This document shows, piece by piece, positions 43,195 to 54,103 of a stretch of 64,000 nucleotides of DNA. The stretch covers positions 1-64,000 of IMG/VR virus record IMGVR_UViG_3300021255_001778; one strand, written 5' to 3'. The DNA is from a virus (taxonomy: Duplodnaviria; Caudoviricetes). Each line of letters opens with the position of its first letter. The stretch's first letter is position 1. Made by a program: the position numbers and the translations under genes. Under the pieces are notes generated by a model. It was not told the DNA's origin and did no database searches. It worked only from the letters and a program-made list of their open reading frames with translations.

Positions 43195-44217
43195 TTATTT
43201 GTACCGTAATCTGTTATCATATAACCGCTTGAACACCTCCTCTCCTTTATCAACGGGAGCATCTTTTTCATCGAGTAGGTTATCTTTGTCCCACAGATAA
43301 TACACATTTACATACTGCTTGAGTCGCCGTATATTCTTGTCATCACGGATTTGTATCTCTTTATCGAGCGCAAACACAACGTCAAATCCTAATTTTATTA
43401 ACAGATTTGTCTGCATTTTGCTCAAATGCGACGTCAAAATTGCTCCACAATTGTGCATTTTGTACGTATCAGCAAGTAGTACACTCTTGCATCCCTCGAA
43501 CAAAATAACCTCTCGCCTCTTTTTAATATCTTCCATGTTTTCAGCCATACCATATATGGTGTTGATCGTGCCCCACTTATATCGATACGTATACTTACGC
43601 AGTCTTTTTTCTTTCCAGTCTGGATCAAGAGTGCGTCCGCCGATGTTAACAATCTTTCCATCTAAATTGCGGATGGGATATACAAGTCTGTCGTCTAGGC
43701 TATCGTATCGTACTTGAAATTTTTCAAGTGATTCGTCAGATATACCTTCGTCTCGCCATACTTGCAGCTTATCGCTTCGGCGTTCGTATCTATCCATCAC
43801 ATCGTCCGGCAGAATTATACCTTTCGATTCTTTCTGTGATGGCTGTCTGGTTGAATACTGCTTACACACACTCAGTGCAGATAATCTATCCTTCGGCATG
43901 TTGACATCTCCGTCATATCCTGAGTATTCTTTTAATTTTTTGACCACTTCTCGTGGTGTTAAGTTAAAGTACTCCTTTATGAAGCTAAACAGATTTCCAG
44001 ACTTGCCACTAGAATAATCATACCAAACTGGCGGATCCGGTCTTACTGAGAATGACGGGGTTTTCTCATCTTTAAATGGAGAAAGCCCCCACCATTCTTC
44101 GCCTCTTTGCTCCATCTCAACAAACTGCGATATGTATTCTACGATATCTATTGATTTAATCAGTTCGATGAGATCCATAGCTTTACAGTATCTTTTCGAG
44201 CATATCGATAGCTTCAT
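43195..44217 (-). CDS. DnaG-like primase
   Basis: Degenerate CHC2-like N-terminus (SPFKDEKTPSF); IGGR; KY; TOPRIM FEG...D. Confidence 0.85.
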   Translation of the reverse strand: MKLSICSKRYCKAMDLIELIKSIDIVEYISQFVEMEQRGEEWWGLSPFKDEKTPSFSVRPDPPVWYDYSSGKSGNLFSFIKEYFNLTPREVVKKLKEYSGYDGDVNMPKDRLSALSVCKQYSTRQPSQKESKGIILPDDVMDRYERRSDKLQVWRDEGISDESLEKFQVRYDSLDDRLVYPIRNLDGKIVNIGGRTLDPDWKEKRLRKYTYRYKWGTINTIYGMAENMEDIKKRREVILFEGCKSVLLADTYKMHNCGAILTSHLSKMQTNLLIKLGFDVVFALDKEIQIRDDKNIRRLKQYVNVYYLWDKDNLLDEKDAPVDKGEEVFKRLYDNRLRYK

Positions 44218-44752
44218 CAGATGTCATATGTTTAGCGACATAATCGCTGTCAACCATATAACATGCATCCTTTTCTTCGTCAAAAACATAATAATAGTCT
44301 CTTGCACTGTCATATCCGACTACTGTCATCGGTTTACTGATATCAATAAAATCGGGATCAACTTCATATGCATATTTTGCGACAAGACTTTTATCCTCAA
44401 TATTTTCGAACACCCAAGTCGGGCAGCTTTCACGGATACCGTGACTGTTTATAATCAGCACGCGATCTCCGATATCGGGCAATATGCATTTCATCAGCTT
44501 CTCTTCATCAATCTCGTCATCACAAGATTCACAATCTCCGCAGCATGTGCAATCATCGTTAAAGAGACGTTCTTTGAAATCATTCATCTCTTGTTTTATC
44601 TCGTCGATATCGATGTTCGGAAAATCATCTTTCTTTGCAAACTCAAGAGCCAAGTCAAAGATTGATATATCGATTGCTTCGATAGTTTTATGTAAATCAT
44701 CCAGCGCTTCATGTACATTTGTCAGTCTCTTTACAACTTCTTTATTTGTCAT
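44183..44752 (-). CDS. Hypothetical protein
   Basis: Track ORF between helicase and primase. Confidence 0.65.
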   Translation of the reverse strand: MTNKEVVKRLTNVHEALDDLHKTIEAIDISIFDLALEFAKKDDFPNIDIDEIKQEMNDFKERLFNDDCTCCGDCESCDDEIDEEKLMKCILPDIGDRVLIINSHGIRESCPTWVFENIEDKSLVAKYAYEVDPDFIDISKPMTVVGYDSARDYYYVFDEEKDACYMVDSDYVAKHMTSDEAIDMLEKIL

Positions 44753-44763
44753 GTTATTCTCCT

Positions 44764-46116
44764 TTAATATGGCGTTGTGGGAATGTGTTGGTTCTTAGCC
44801 TGTTCGTAACTTATGTGTGACCCGTCGAATGCAAGGTCAATATACTCACCCTGTGCATGTTGCATCCCATTTCTGTTTATAGTTACAATCATCTTTTTAT
44901 TACCGCAGTCTCTGCCGTCCGCATTGTCCGCCTCTATCTCTTCTGGTGTTTTGTCGACGAGCATAACAATCGTCGACGCATTTCTAGCTATCTTTGCAGA
45001 GTCTGCAAGTTTGTTTGTCGCGGTTGCCTGAGCCGCTCCTATAGCAGCTATATTCATAGCTCCGGCGATTTCATTTTTAATAACATCTACGCATTTACCC
45101 ATTGACGCATATGTTTGGAATGCATCCATATCATTTCCTGTGGATTTAAAGTAATCTACAACTAGAACGTCTATCGGCATTGTGTGATTGACGCGTTTTA
45201 CAGTTCTATATATCTCTTCTGCGCTAAAATACGGCATGTAGATATGTTCGAACTTGCTATTCTTCAGCCAAGTCATTGACTCCATAATTCTATCCGTTTC
45301 TTCTTCTGAGTAATTACCAGATGTCAGGTTTTTGTATGTCACGCCACTCAGATGTGCAAGCATTCTTGCAGTAAAAAGTCTGTCGGATAGTTCTGAATCT
45401 ATATAAAGAACGGAATAGCCGCGTCTCAGCAGGTCAACCGCACAGTTCAGAAGCATGATACTCTTGCCCACTTTTTGTTGTGCACCAAAGATAATTAGCT
45501 CTCCACGCTCTATCGTTACATAGTCGTTTAACAGTGGAAATTTAAACGGTATGCCGGAATATCCATCGCCCTGCCTATTCTCAATTTCTTTCCACAATCC
45601 ATCTAGCTTTTTCGAGTATGGCTCTACCGCCTCGTTATCAGCATATGAAGTGGCTACGTTGTCAACTATACTGTATATTCGCTTACACACATCCTCTTCA
45701 TCTGGGTCAAGCAAGATAGATTTACACTCGTCTAGTTTTACATACATCTCTTTTCTGAACGCAGCCTCGAACACATTCGATACGAGTATCATATAGTCTC
45801 TCGTGGAATGTCTTGCAATTGAACTACTTTGTTCTTCGACAAAGGCTCTTACGCTTTCAAGACTTAATGCATCAGCATTTGATGGATCATATTTCTTTAG
45901 ATACTCAAGAATAATGTAAGCATCAATGTCGGTAACACCGTCCTGCCCGAGACCCTTTAGAGCCTCGAACAGGAGCTGGTTATCTCTGTCGGAAAAATGC
46001 TTTGGCTGCAAAAACTCAGAGTGATATATGTATTCTGGATGGTGAACAAGCGTTGCAAGTATTCCGGCCTCGCTTTCACGTCTGTCCATGTCTTCTATAG
46101 ATCTATACCTATCCAC
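44764..46116 (-). CDS. dnaB: Replicative DnaB-like helicase
   Basis: GIP, GKS Walker A, YIDSELS, VVDY, AAQ, DS-x-KI-x-R-x-AS. Confidence 0.9.
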   Translation of the reverse strand: MDRYRSIEDMDRRESEAGILATLVHHPEYIYHSEFLQPKHFSDRDNQLLFEALKGLGQDGVTDIDAYIILEYLKKYDPSNADALSLESVRAFVEEQSSSIARHSTRDYMILVSNVFEAAFRKEMYVKLDECKSILLDPDEEDVCKRIYSIVDNVATSYADNEAVEPYSKKLDGLWKEIENRQGDGYSGIPFKFPLLNDYVTIERGELIIFGAQQKVGKSIMLLNCAVDLLRRGYSVLYIDSELSDRLFTARMLAHLSGVTYKNLTSGNYSEEETDRIMESMTWLKNSKFEHIYMPYFSAEEIYRTVKRVNHTMPIDVLVVDYFKSTGNDMDAFQTYASMGKCVDVIKNEIAGAMNIAAIGAAQATATNKLADSAKIARNASTIVMLVDKTPEEIEADNADGRDCGNKKMIVTINRNGMQHAQGEYIDLAFDGSHISYEQAKNQHIPTTPY

Positions 46117-46135
46117 TCATAAGCCGCCTCCCTTC

Positions 46136-46153
46136 TGCCATATAAATGTATTG
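46136..46153 (+). promoter_or_regulatory. 18-bp operator-like motif, copy 5 (upstream of the dnaB RBS)
   Basis: Exact copy. Confidence 0.8.
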
Positions 46154-46159
46154 TCAATA

Positions 46160-46936
46160 TTACTGATTATTCCAGTACTCACATTCATCGGTCAAACCAC
46201 ACAGATGAACGCAACCGAAATATTCAACATTCGGGCTGAAATCTTCTGTTTCTGCTATATACTTCACAGAATTTTTTGCCCACTCAATAGCTTCTTCGTA
46301 CTTCTTTTCTACGAACGGTTCTTCAATAAACACGCCGTTTTTAAAACAGTTGAAGCACAATCCTTTCGGATACTTTCCGTAGATTTCTTTGATTGCAGCT
46401 GCATACAGATACAACTGCACGAGCATGGTGTCAAGCTCTTCGTCTTTCTTGGTCGGTTTTTTTCTACCGCTTCTCGGCTTTAGCTCTCTGGACTTGTTAT
46501 CTACGATGTAGTATTCACCGTCTTTCTCACCGAGATAGTCTATGTATCCGATAAACGGTATATCACCAATATGGTACTTGACCTCAAGTTCAACGTCGAT
46601 CATGTTGTAAGGAAACGGCTCAAATGCACTCAGGTATTCAACGCCTTTGCTGATATAATTTTGCACTGCTTTCTCTGATGGACGTTTGCCTCGTACCTCT
46701 GTCGAGAAGTCCAGAAGAAATTTCATCTTCATCTCTTCTTTGGTAAGCTCTCCTCTGTAGTAACTCTCGATCAACTTGTGCATAAAGCTACCGTATGAAG
46801 TATAGAATCGCCCATCCTCTTTCATGCCGAGTATGTATTTGCAGAACCATTTGTAACCGCACTGCTCGTAGCAATTGATTCTTGAGTAGCTCCATGTCAT
46901 ATCATCTATCAGCGGACGGTAACTAATATCTCCCAT
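46160..46936 (-). CDS. PD-(D/E)xK exonuclease, Cas4/AddB-like with putative Fe-S staple
   Basis: WSYSR...C, YGS-x-x-H, E-x-E, GYID, DNKS, Q-L-Y-x-Y, C-terminal C-x-x-x-C-x5-C. Confidence 0.85.
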   Translation of the reverse strand: MGDISYRPLIDDMTWSYSRINCYEQCGYKWFCKYILGMKEDGRFYTSYGSFMHKLIESYYRGELTKEEMKMKFLLDFSTEVRGKRPSEKAVQNYISKGVEYLSAFEPFPYNMIDVELEVKYHIGDIPFIGYIDYLGEKDGEYYIVDNKSRELKPRSGRKKPTKKDEELDTMLVQLYLYAAAIKEIYGKYPKGLCFNCFKNGVFIEEPFVEKKYEEAIEWAKNSVKYIAETEDFSPNVEYFGCVHLCGLTDECEYWNNQ

Positions 46937-47218
46937 TTATGTATCTCCGTTTTCAACGTCATTAAAGGCACCCCGAATTATATCAAGTAATTCACCGCCT
47001 TCTACTGAGTAGACTTCTTGTCCGATGATATCACTTCTGTCTAAAGACTTCATAAGAATATATCCGCAATCTTCTCTAGCGCTATACACAACATATTCTA
47101 CATAGCACCCGGATCCGCAGTCGTACATGTCCCATAACTCTTTGGACGTATCATCACTTGGCACGAAGTAATAATCAAGCTCGTTAGCTTTTAAAAAGAT
47201 TAAGTCTTCTTTTTTCAT
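46937..47218 (-). CDS. Hypothetical protein
   Basis: Track ORF. Confidence 0.6.
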   Translation of the reverse strand: MKKEDLIFLKANELDYYFVPSDDTSKELWDMYDCGSGCYVEYVVYSAREDCGYILMKSLDRSDIIGQEVYSVEGGELLDIIRGAFNDVENGDT

Positions 47219-47613
47219 CAGTATGGCAGTTCAGCCTCCACTTCGCCGCTGTCAACGCCATAATTTACATCAACCTGTGGTGCTTGCTGCGGTTGTTCAT
47301 GCTGACTACTACCCTGAACTCCGTTGTCAAGTTCAAAACTAAAACAGCTGAAGTTTGTATATGTAACCTCATTCTCTTTGTCGTATCGGTTTGTTACGTC
47401 AATATCTCCGAGTTTAATTGAATCTCCCTCTTTAAGCTTCGCTGCTTTACCAGCTGCGGAAGTGCCAAGAAATGAAACAAATCCACCAAATTCTTGTTCG
47501 TAAACACCAGTATCTCTATTCTTCTTAGCGATAGATATTCTACAACTAGTCACCGTGTCTCTCTTCGGTTCAATGCTCCAAACCTTGGCATAAGCACCTG
47601 TACGAAATCCCAT
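47218..47613 (-). CDS. ssb: Single-stranded DNA-binding protein
   Basis: OB-fold-sized with acidic tail ending ELPY; between the annealase and exonuclease. Confidence 0.75.
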   Translation of the reverse strand: MGFRTGAYAKVWSIEPKRDTVTSCRISIAKKNRDTGVYEQEFGGFVSFLGTSAAGKAAKLKEGDSIKLGDIDVTNRYDKENEVTYTNFSCFSFELDNGVQGSSQHEQPQQAPQVDVNYGVDSGEVEAELPY

Positions 47614-48341
47614 TAGCCTTCCTCCTTAATATTAAATGTCTTCTTGAAATCTTCGAGTAACTTAGCCGCTAACGCAGGCTCTTTGATCTGGAAATAGTTC
47701 GCAGTCTTAACATATTTCTTAATGAACTTCTTCAGCTCTTCTTCTTTGTCTCTGTTGTCTGCTAGCCACTTCTTCAGAATCGTATCAAATTCAGCAATAA
47801 TGCTCTCCGCAATAGCGCGTCCTTCAGATGCTTCAGCTTCTTTCTGTTTACTACGGTACGCATCAACATCGTAATCTGACTGAGCAATCTGGAAGTACGA
47901 CGTTAAGAACTGTCTCATCGTGTATGTCATCGCAGATCCTTGGGCTTGCGAGACGTCGCCCATTGAAGCAGCTGCAAACCAAGGTACTTCGATCCTTTCT
48001 TCTGGGTTCTCATCATTCACCCAGATAAATACCATATCCGCTTGAAACATAAACTCTTCGGCGTGATTAAGATACTGCTCACCAGTCTTTGTAAATTTTG
48101 TATTTTCTATTACGACCTTAATAACACTCCCTGATTCCGGTACAATGCTCGGTATCAATGATACCTCGTATTTCTTCATGCCAGCTGTCACATTCGCAAG
48201 AATCTCTGTAATATCTGTGTATGTATAGTTGTAGCCTTTCTTGCTCTTCTTGGCTACCTCACTGATCGCACGAATCTTTGCAAGCTTCTGATATAAATTT
48301 AATGTGTTCTCTTCGCTCAAATTAGTTCTCCTCTTCTTCAT
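47613..48341 (-). CDS. ERF-family ssDNA annealing protein
   Basis: NLYQKL...Y-x-Y...G-S-A-M-T-Y-x-x-R...D-x-D. Confidence 0.8.
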   Translation of the reverse strand: MKKRRTNLSEENTLNLYQKLAKIRAISEVAKKSKKGYNYTYTDITEILANVTAGMKKYEVSLIPSIVPESGSVIKVVIENTKFTKTGEQYLNHAEEFMFQADMVFIWVNDENPEERIEVPWFAAASMGDVSQAQGSAMTYTMRQFLTSYFQIAQSDYDVDAYRSKQKEAEASEGRAIAESIIAEFDTILKKWLADNRDKEEELKKFIKKYVKTANYFQIKEPALAAKLLEDFKKTFNIKEEG

Positions 48342-48526
48342 TAAAAGGTATCATGTATGTAATTCTTGCGCCGCAATTTGTGCAATGACATTCATGTATT
48401 AGACCGTCGCTATCGAAGCCATAGTCTTCGTAACTGAAATCATTGTCCCAAATTACAGTTCTGCACCCACAATGGAAACATTCATACATATATTATTCTT
48501 CACCGCCCTTTTGTTTGCACTTACGT

Positions 48527-49794
48527 TCATGTTTTCTTTTGCTTTCTTTTCTTATATGCAAGATTTAATTGCCTTTCATAGCTTTTCTTTTCCATTGGAT
48601 TTTTAGAATGTTTAATTCTTTTCTTTAAAGCTTCTATGTCATTTTCAAGATAATTCTCTGGATTTGTCGGCTTTATAATCTCCATGCTCGTTGGATAATA
48701 TTTGGATTTATCTATTGCTAAAACATACCCATCTTTTGTAACCCAAACGCCATTACTGCCATCTTCAGTCGTTATCAGCGTTCCGAGCTTTTCATCTTCT
48801 TTAAGCAGTTCATTTTGAAGTCTATTTACAATTTCTTTTAATGCTGTGCCTGAAAAGCAATCAGTCATAGCTGGATTAGTTTCATTCATTTCTTTTCCTT
48901 TTGACTTTGCAAATTCGTTAAGTGTCAACCCCAACAATCCTCATCATAAATCTATCCTAGATCTATATTAAATCCGTACTGTATTGTTCCTTCCGGCACA
49001 TAGATCTGAGTATAATAACTAACCGGAATTGCAAAAATGTAGTACCACCAATGTACGAATTTTTCCGCCGAATACTTTTCAATTCTTGGACTGTCTTCTG
49101 AATATATAATTGTCGCATCTCCAGCTTTAATCCTGCTAATTTTATACGTGCCATGCTCATTAGTTACGTAATAAAACACCATATCGTTGTTAATGTATCC
49201 GCTACCAAGAAAAAATCTCCCATCTGCATTGCCATTATCTTTAAGCGCGACAATTTCTTTGTCATACTGTTTTTCGAATATAAGATTATCATCATCAATG
49301 TAAGATGATGCAGCTATTATAAACATGAACGCAAGTAAGGACATTACAAGAGCAGTAAGCGCACATATAAAAAATTCGCCAATATCCGTGAAACTTATTC
49401 GTTCAATCGGAAGAAGATCAAAAGTATTCATCATTAATATCAGCGTTGTTACAAACACGGCTATTATAATTACCATTTAAAATCGTCCAACCCCTTTTCT
49501 TCTTCATGTATCACATATGCCATAACTGCCGTCGCACCGGCAACGGCACTGATAAAACACAGAAAAATCGTCTGTAAAATGCTCATTTTATTCACCATTT
49601 TCGATACCTCTGTATGCAGTTTCTATACTATCAGTATTATTTTTCGCCCTCATTGACTCCCGTCCGAGCAAATATGCCACATGCGAAAGCAGAGCAACGG
49701 CAACGCTCTTCATTTCATCAAAAGTGCACTCACTTGTTACTAAGTCTGTGTAGCGGTTTATTATTTCACTATGATTCTCGTCCATGATTTTCAC
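48527..49794 (-). CDS. Hypothetical proteins (48527-48937; TM protein 48952-49476; 49588-49794)
   Basis: Track ORFs. Confidence 0.6.
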
Positions 49795-49802
49795 CTCCTG
49801 TC

Positions 49803-50048
49803 TTAGTCATCTATTTTTCCATTTCGCCTGTTCCACATTAAAGTAGCGTTTCGTTTTGCGTCATCTGATAGCATCTTAAAAGACATTGTTCTGAGTCCAC
49901 ATTTTTTACATTCAACCCAATACTCATTTCGGAAAAGGCCGAGAGTACATTTTATTTCAGCAGAACCACCACACATAGGGCATGTTTTTAATTCACTCAC
50001 CAGCGTTTTTGCGTCATCCATTATGATATCTCTAAGTTGTTCGTACAT
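49803..50048 (-). CDS. Lar-like (restriction alleviation) Zn-binding protein
   Basis: LKTCPMCGG...VECKKCG...WNRR. Confidence 0.7.
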   Translation of the reverse strand: MYEQLRDIIMDDAKTLVSELKTCPMCGGSAEIKCTLGLFRNEYWVECKKCGLRTMSFKMLSDDAKRNATLMWNRRNGKIDD

Positions 50049-50050
50049 GA

Positions 50051-50744
50051 TTATTCTCTCCAGTTATAAAACGGACAATTGTATCTGACCATTTGCCCAG
50101 GCTCTGGTTTGTACTTGCAACAAATCTCATTTCCACAATCATTACAACTTCCGCTGTTATAGATGTTTCGCAATGCCATCAGACAATCGAGCATGTACGC
50201 CGTCTGTGATATAGCATCGTCAAGTCTGCTCATGGCTGTTCTCCTTCCATCTCATCAATGTGCATGTCTGAAATCGCCTTGTTCAGCGCGTCCTCTATGG
50301 CTCTGAGTCTGTCAGGATTGTTCCCCAAGAACATTGCCACTTTTGCATCCTGTACCGCTTTCGCTTTTGCCTTTTCTGGTAAGCCACAAGCTATATAACT
50401 TTCGTAATATGTCATGACCGTTCTCCCTTCCACGGTTTTGGTAACGGCATCCACGCAAGAATATCTAAATCGCTTCGCCACCCGTTTTTACAATATTTAT
50501 CCGGATAAAATTCGTAGCAAGTAAGACTAGACACTCCACTGTCATTTGTTGTGAGATACCACCCTCTTCTTTGTTCATTCGACTCTGGTTTTGGCATGGC
50601 CATATCGCATGGAGTCCAGCCCTGGATTATTTTGTTTATTTCTAGGAACGCGATCACAGCCTCTGCGCAATCTAACACATGATTATCCTTTGCCCATTTT
50701 CTGTATTCGCTTGCTATCTCCACTCTTTCTTTATATGTGATCAT
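50051..50744 (-). CDS. Small hypothetical proteins incl. a DUF551-like protein (50412-50744)
   Basis: WTPC...P and ILAWMPLP motifs in the DUF551-like ORF. Confidence 0.55.
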
Positions 50745-51005
50745 TCATTCCCTCTTTTCTCGCACGTTCCATTGCCACGCTATACACTCTCGAACATCAT
50801 CAAACGCTACACCATTGTCTTTTGGTGTTTGTGTAAACTGCGTAATAGCTCCGCAGCTTTTACAATAGACTCCGTACGGTTTGCCAGATAATTCTTCTAC
50901 GATGCTAACGCTGACGCTTTTACAAAATGGACATGGTTCTAATTCGATCATTGAACTCTCCTTATCATCATCAATCAACATCCACATCATTAGTTTCTCC
51001 CTCAA
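50745..51005 (-). CDS. Second Lar-like protein
   Basis: LEPCPFCKS...VYCKSCG...WN. Confidence 0.65.
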   Translation of the reverse strand: MREKLMMWMLIDDDKESSMIELEPCPFCKSVSVSIVEELSGKPYGVYCKSCGAITQFTQTPKDNGVAFDDVRECIAWQWNVREKRE

Positions 51006-51544
51006 ATTTGCGTGTTAATTCTTGCATAAATGTCGCAGTAGACACTGTCAAATGCATCATCGACTTTCTCGATAAACCACGGCTGACTTACCACTTCCTC
51101 GTAATAGTAAGGCCAGTTTCCACCACCAATTTTTGCGTGAATATATAGGATGTCATCCATTCCTACATATTTATTCCAAGTGTCGTATTGTTTTTTGTAC
51201 CTCATATGCTGATTATGGATAGCAGTTTTAAGAACCTTACGTTTCCATCCGTGTATTCTGTCCCATCTAACCCTTTTGCTCTCTTCATCGCCAGACAGAT
51301 AGAACTTTTCTTTCTGATCTGTTTTCCAACTGTATTCGAAATAGAACGTTCCTTCTGTCCAAAACGGTACGCTATGACACAAGTTAAACACTATATCTGT
51401 GATGTAGCTTTCATCTTTCCAAAACGCATCGACAGGCTCTTCGTCCTTCATAAGTCTGTAGCCACGAAGCCTAGGACAATAGATGCCGTTCTTATCAGCT
51501 ATCGCATCGAGCGCATCTATTTGAGAATATGCGTATAAGTCCAT
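51002..51544 (-). CDS. Hypothetical protein
   Basis: Track ORF with RBS. Confidence 0.65.
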   Translation of the reverse strand: MDLYAYSQIDALDAIADKNGIYCPRLRGYRLMKDEEPVDAFWKDESYITDIVFNLCHSVPFWTEGTFYFEYSWKTDQKEKFYLSGDEESKRVRWDRIHGWKRKVLKTAIHNQHMRYKKQYDTWNKYVGMDDILYIHAKIGGGNWPYYYEEVVSQPWFIEKVDDAFDSVYCDIYARINTQI

Positions 51545-51545
51545 A

Positions 51546-53380
51546 TTATTTATCTCCTTTCATAGCGTATCCGCACCATGGACAATACGGAGTTTCCATT
51601 TCTTCAGACAGGATATTATATCCGCAATTTGAGCACTCCTCTGTGTCTACAAGAGGGTTCTGCTTTATCCATCTTGCTGTTTTCTGCTTTAGCTCTACTG
51701 TCGGCGTATTTCTTATCGCTCGATCCACAGCGATCGTACATTCATGCCATCCTTCCCACAGCCTCTCTGCTTTATCTCCGTCCATCTGGATCGGATCTTT
51801 AAGCCTAAGCATCAGCTCATCTTCATCAATCAGCCTGCCCATTGTCATCTCCTTCACTTCTTTCCGGAGCATCTTTCGCCCATTCTGGACACGTATCAGA
51901 CGCTTCAACTTTCAACCGAACATATCTGCCGTCACGCATCTTGAATCCGTACGCAAAAGCGTTATCTCCATCCGGAATTTGAAAATACATGTACTGTGTT
52001 ACGGCATTGATTGCTTCGTTAGTTACATCTGATTTGTTTCGCCATTCATCTCCGCTCTGCTTCAGAGTCCCTGCATAAATACCGGCAATACCGCAGCCAA
52101 CGTGATATTCAGCCATTGTCTTCTCCTTCCTGCACCATCCTTGCTCCGCAGTGCCAACAATAATCCGACTTTGTATAAGCCAAATGTCTATTCGAATTGC
52201 ATCCCATCATAATTTTCGGAGCACACCAATTACACTCTGAGCAAAGAACATTCCCATACTTGTCAGCTATCCACTTCCCCGTCTTTCGCTCTTCGATGAC
52301 AGGCGCATTTTTAATTATTTGTTTAATTTCGTAGTAAGTTTCTCTGCTATGCTCGTTTGCCTCGTAAAATCCTGCAATGTTGGCCTCGGTCACTTCGTTG
52401 AGTAATGCTTTTACATCTATCAACACCTGTTCAGCCATTATCTTCTCCTTTTTGCGTCACCGCAAAACCAGTCGCCATCAATCGAAGCGCACATGGTATG
52501 TATCTGTCTTCCGTCATCTATATCAAACCAGTGTACACAGTCCTTACAGCATATGATTTCTGATTCAACCGTAGGCGCAGCATCTATTCTCTCTTCAATC
52601 GAATCAATAAGGTGATAGCTGTCTGCGAAATAAACATTTATATCATCTTTTAGTGCGTCAGCATCTATCGTTCTCATTCGCACCCCATATAACGCATATC
52701 CGCACCGCAGCTCGGACAAAAATCAGTCATCAATCCGCTCTTTGGCTCATTCTTACACTCTGAACAATATGGGTAGTATCCGTCAGAGTTGATATACCAT
52801 CTACCTGTCTTTCTTTCTGTAACTGTTGGTGCTTCTAAAATGTCACCAACATCTACGACCTGTACATATCCAGCTCTTGTATCTGCATCCCACGCTTTTT
52901 CAAGCAACGCATCAGCATCAATTATTCTCAATACACACGTTTTCCTTTCATTTTATTTCCGCAGTTAGGGCAATACGGAGACAGCGCTTTTACATTTGCA
53001 TATTGCTCTTTGTACACCTTCTTATGGCAGATAGAACAGTACACGCCAGCATTCGAACAATCTTCGAAAACCTCCCAATGTCCGACCTCTGGGATCTCCG
53101 CGTCTATAATATCAATCGCAACTTTCAAACCCCATGCAACCATGTTTCCATTATTTCTAACTTCACTAGCATGGTGTTTACCGTTTTCGATAAGCTTATC
53201 TGCGTCCTCTTTGAGGCGTGCTTTTATTTTTTCAATGTCCACCATCGTCTTCATATTGGCTGTCGGAACACTTTCTAAGATACATGTAATGTCATCATTT
53301 AATACAAGTCCGTCTGGAGTATCCGTTGTGTGAAGATCAATAGCTTTTATAACAGCTTCATCAGTAACTAATCTGCTCAT
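51546..53380 (-). repeat. Tandem family of five IDADAL...(A/T)PTV...Zn-ribbon proteins, interrupted by one unrelated ORF (51826-52116)
   Basis: Shared R-x-I-D-x-D-x-L, P-T-V, K-T-G-x-W, C-S-x-C and C-P-x-C-G motifs. Confidence 0.75.
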
Positions 53381-53395
53381 CGTATCATGCCTTTC

Positions 53396-54103
53396 TTACT
53401 CTTGTTCGCGGGCACTCTTAGTCCATTTATACCAACCATAGATGCAGTTAATAGTCCAGAAAATGAACATGACGACCATCATCCAATTTCCAATCATGAG
53501 GAACATAATTACCGACGCCACATCAATAATCAACCAGTGCAGCCATTGCTCTCTGTACCCTAATACCATCAAGATCTGTGCAATAAACGCAGGGATCGTG
53601 CTGATAGCATCAAGGAACGGAAGCGGATCGTTCGTATGATGTAACACGAGAGTTAATACCGTTACTCCTGCGGCTAATCCACCCATCGTGATAGCCCAGC
53701 CGAGTGTATTCAGCTTCTTGGCTTTGACTTCTGCGGATTTGTTCTCTTTCTTCACTCTGTAGATTTTGTACCATGCGTATATTCCGTACGTTTGCGTGAT
53801 AAAGTAGAACAAATTCTCCCACGCCTCACCCCATAGGTGATTCGGGATTGCTACACCGAACGTGTATGTAAACATCTGGATGTACGCAAAGATATAAAAG
53901 CTGATTTTGCCCTGCGCACAGAATACTACGCTGATCACGCCAGCTATTGCGCATATAATCGAGATCAATCCGTCAGGTGTACCAGTCACATATCCGTAAA
54001 TAATTGCGGCTACCTGAAGCAACAGTCCTAATCCTAAGAAACACCAGTCAAATGGTCTTCTTCCGTTAATAAATTCAGCCTTTAGCTTTTCTGTAAATGT
54101 CAT
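53396..54103 (-). CDS. pnuC: Nicotinamide riboside transporter PnuC
   Basis: Multi-TM; P-F-L-D-A, AQILM, E-Q-W-x-x-W-x-x-x-D, G-W-Y-x-W. Confidence 0.9.
   Translation of the reverse strand: MTFTEKLKAEFINGRRPFDWCFLGLGLLLQVAAIIYGYVTGTPDGLISIICAIAGVISVVFCAQGKISFYIFAYIQMFTYTFGVAIPNHLWGEAWENLFYFITQTYGIYAWYKIYRVKKENKSAEVKAKKLNTLGWAITMGGLAAGVTVLTLVLHHTNDPLPFLDAISTIPAFIAQILMVLGYREQWLHWLIIDVASVIMFLMIGNWMMVVMFIFWTINCIYGWYKWTKSAREQE

Noticed and set aside
34673-46116. Inteins in nrdD, dnaE or dnaB
   Set aside because: Sizes are normal or short, and no intein splice motifs or LAGLIDADG blocks were seen
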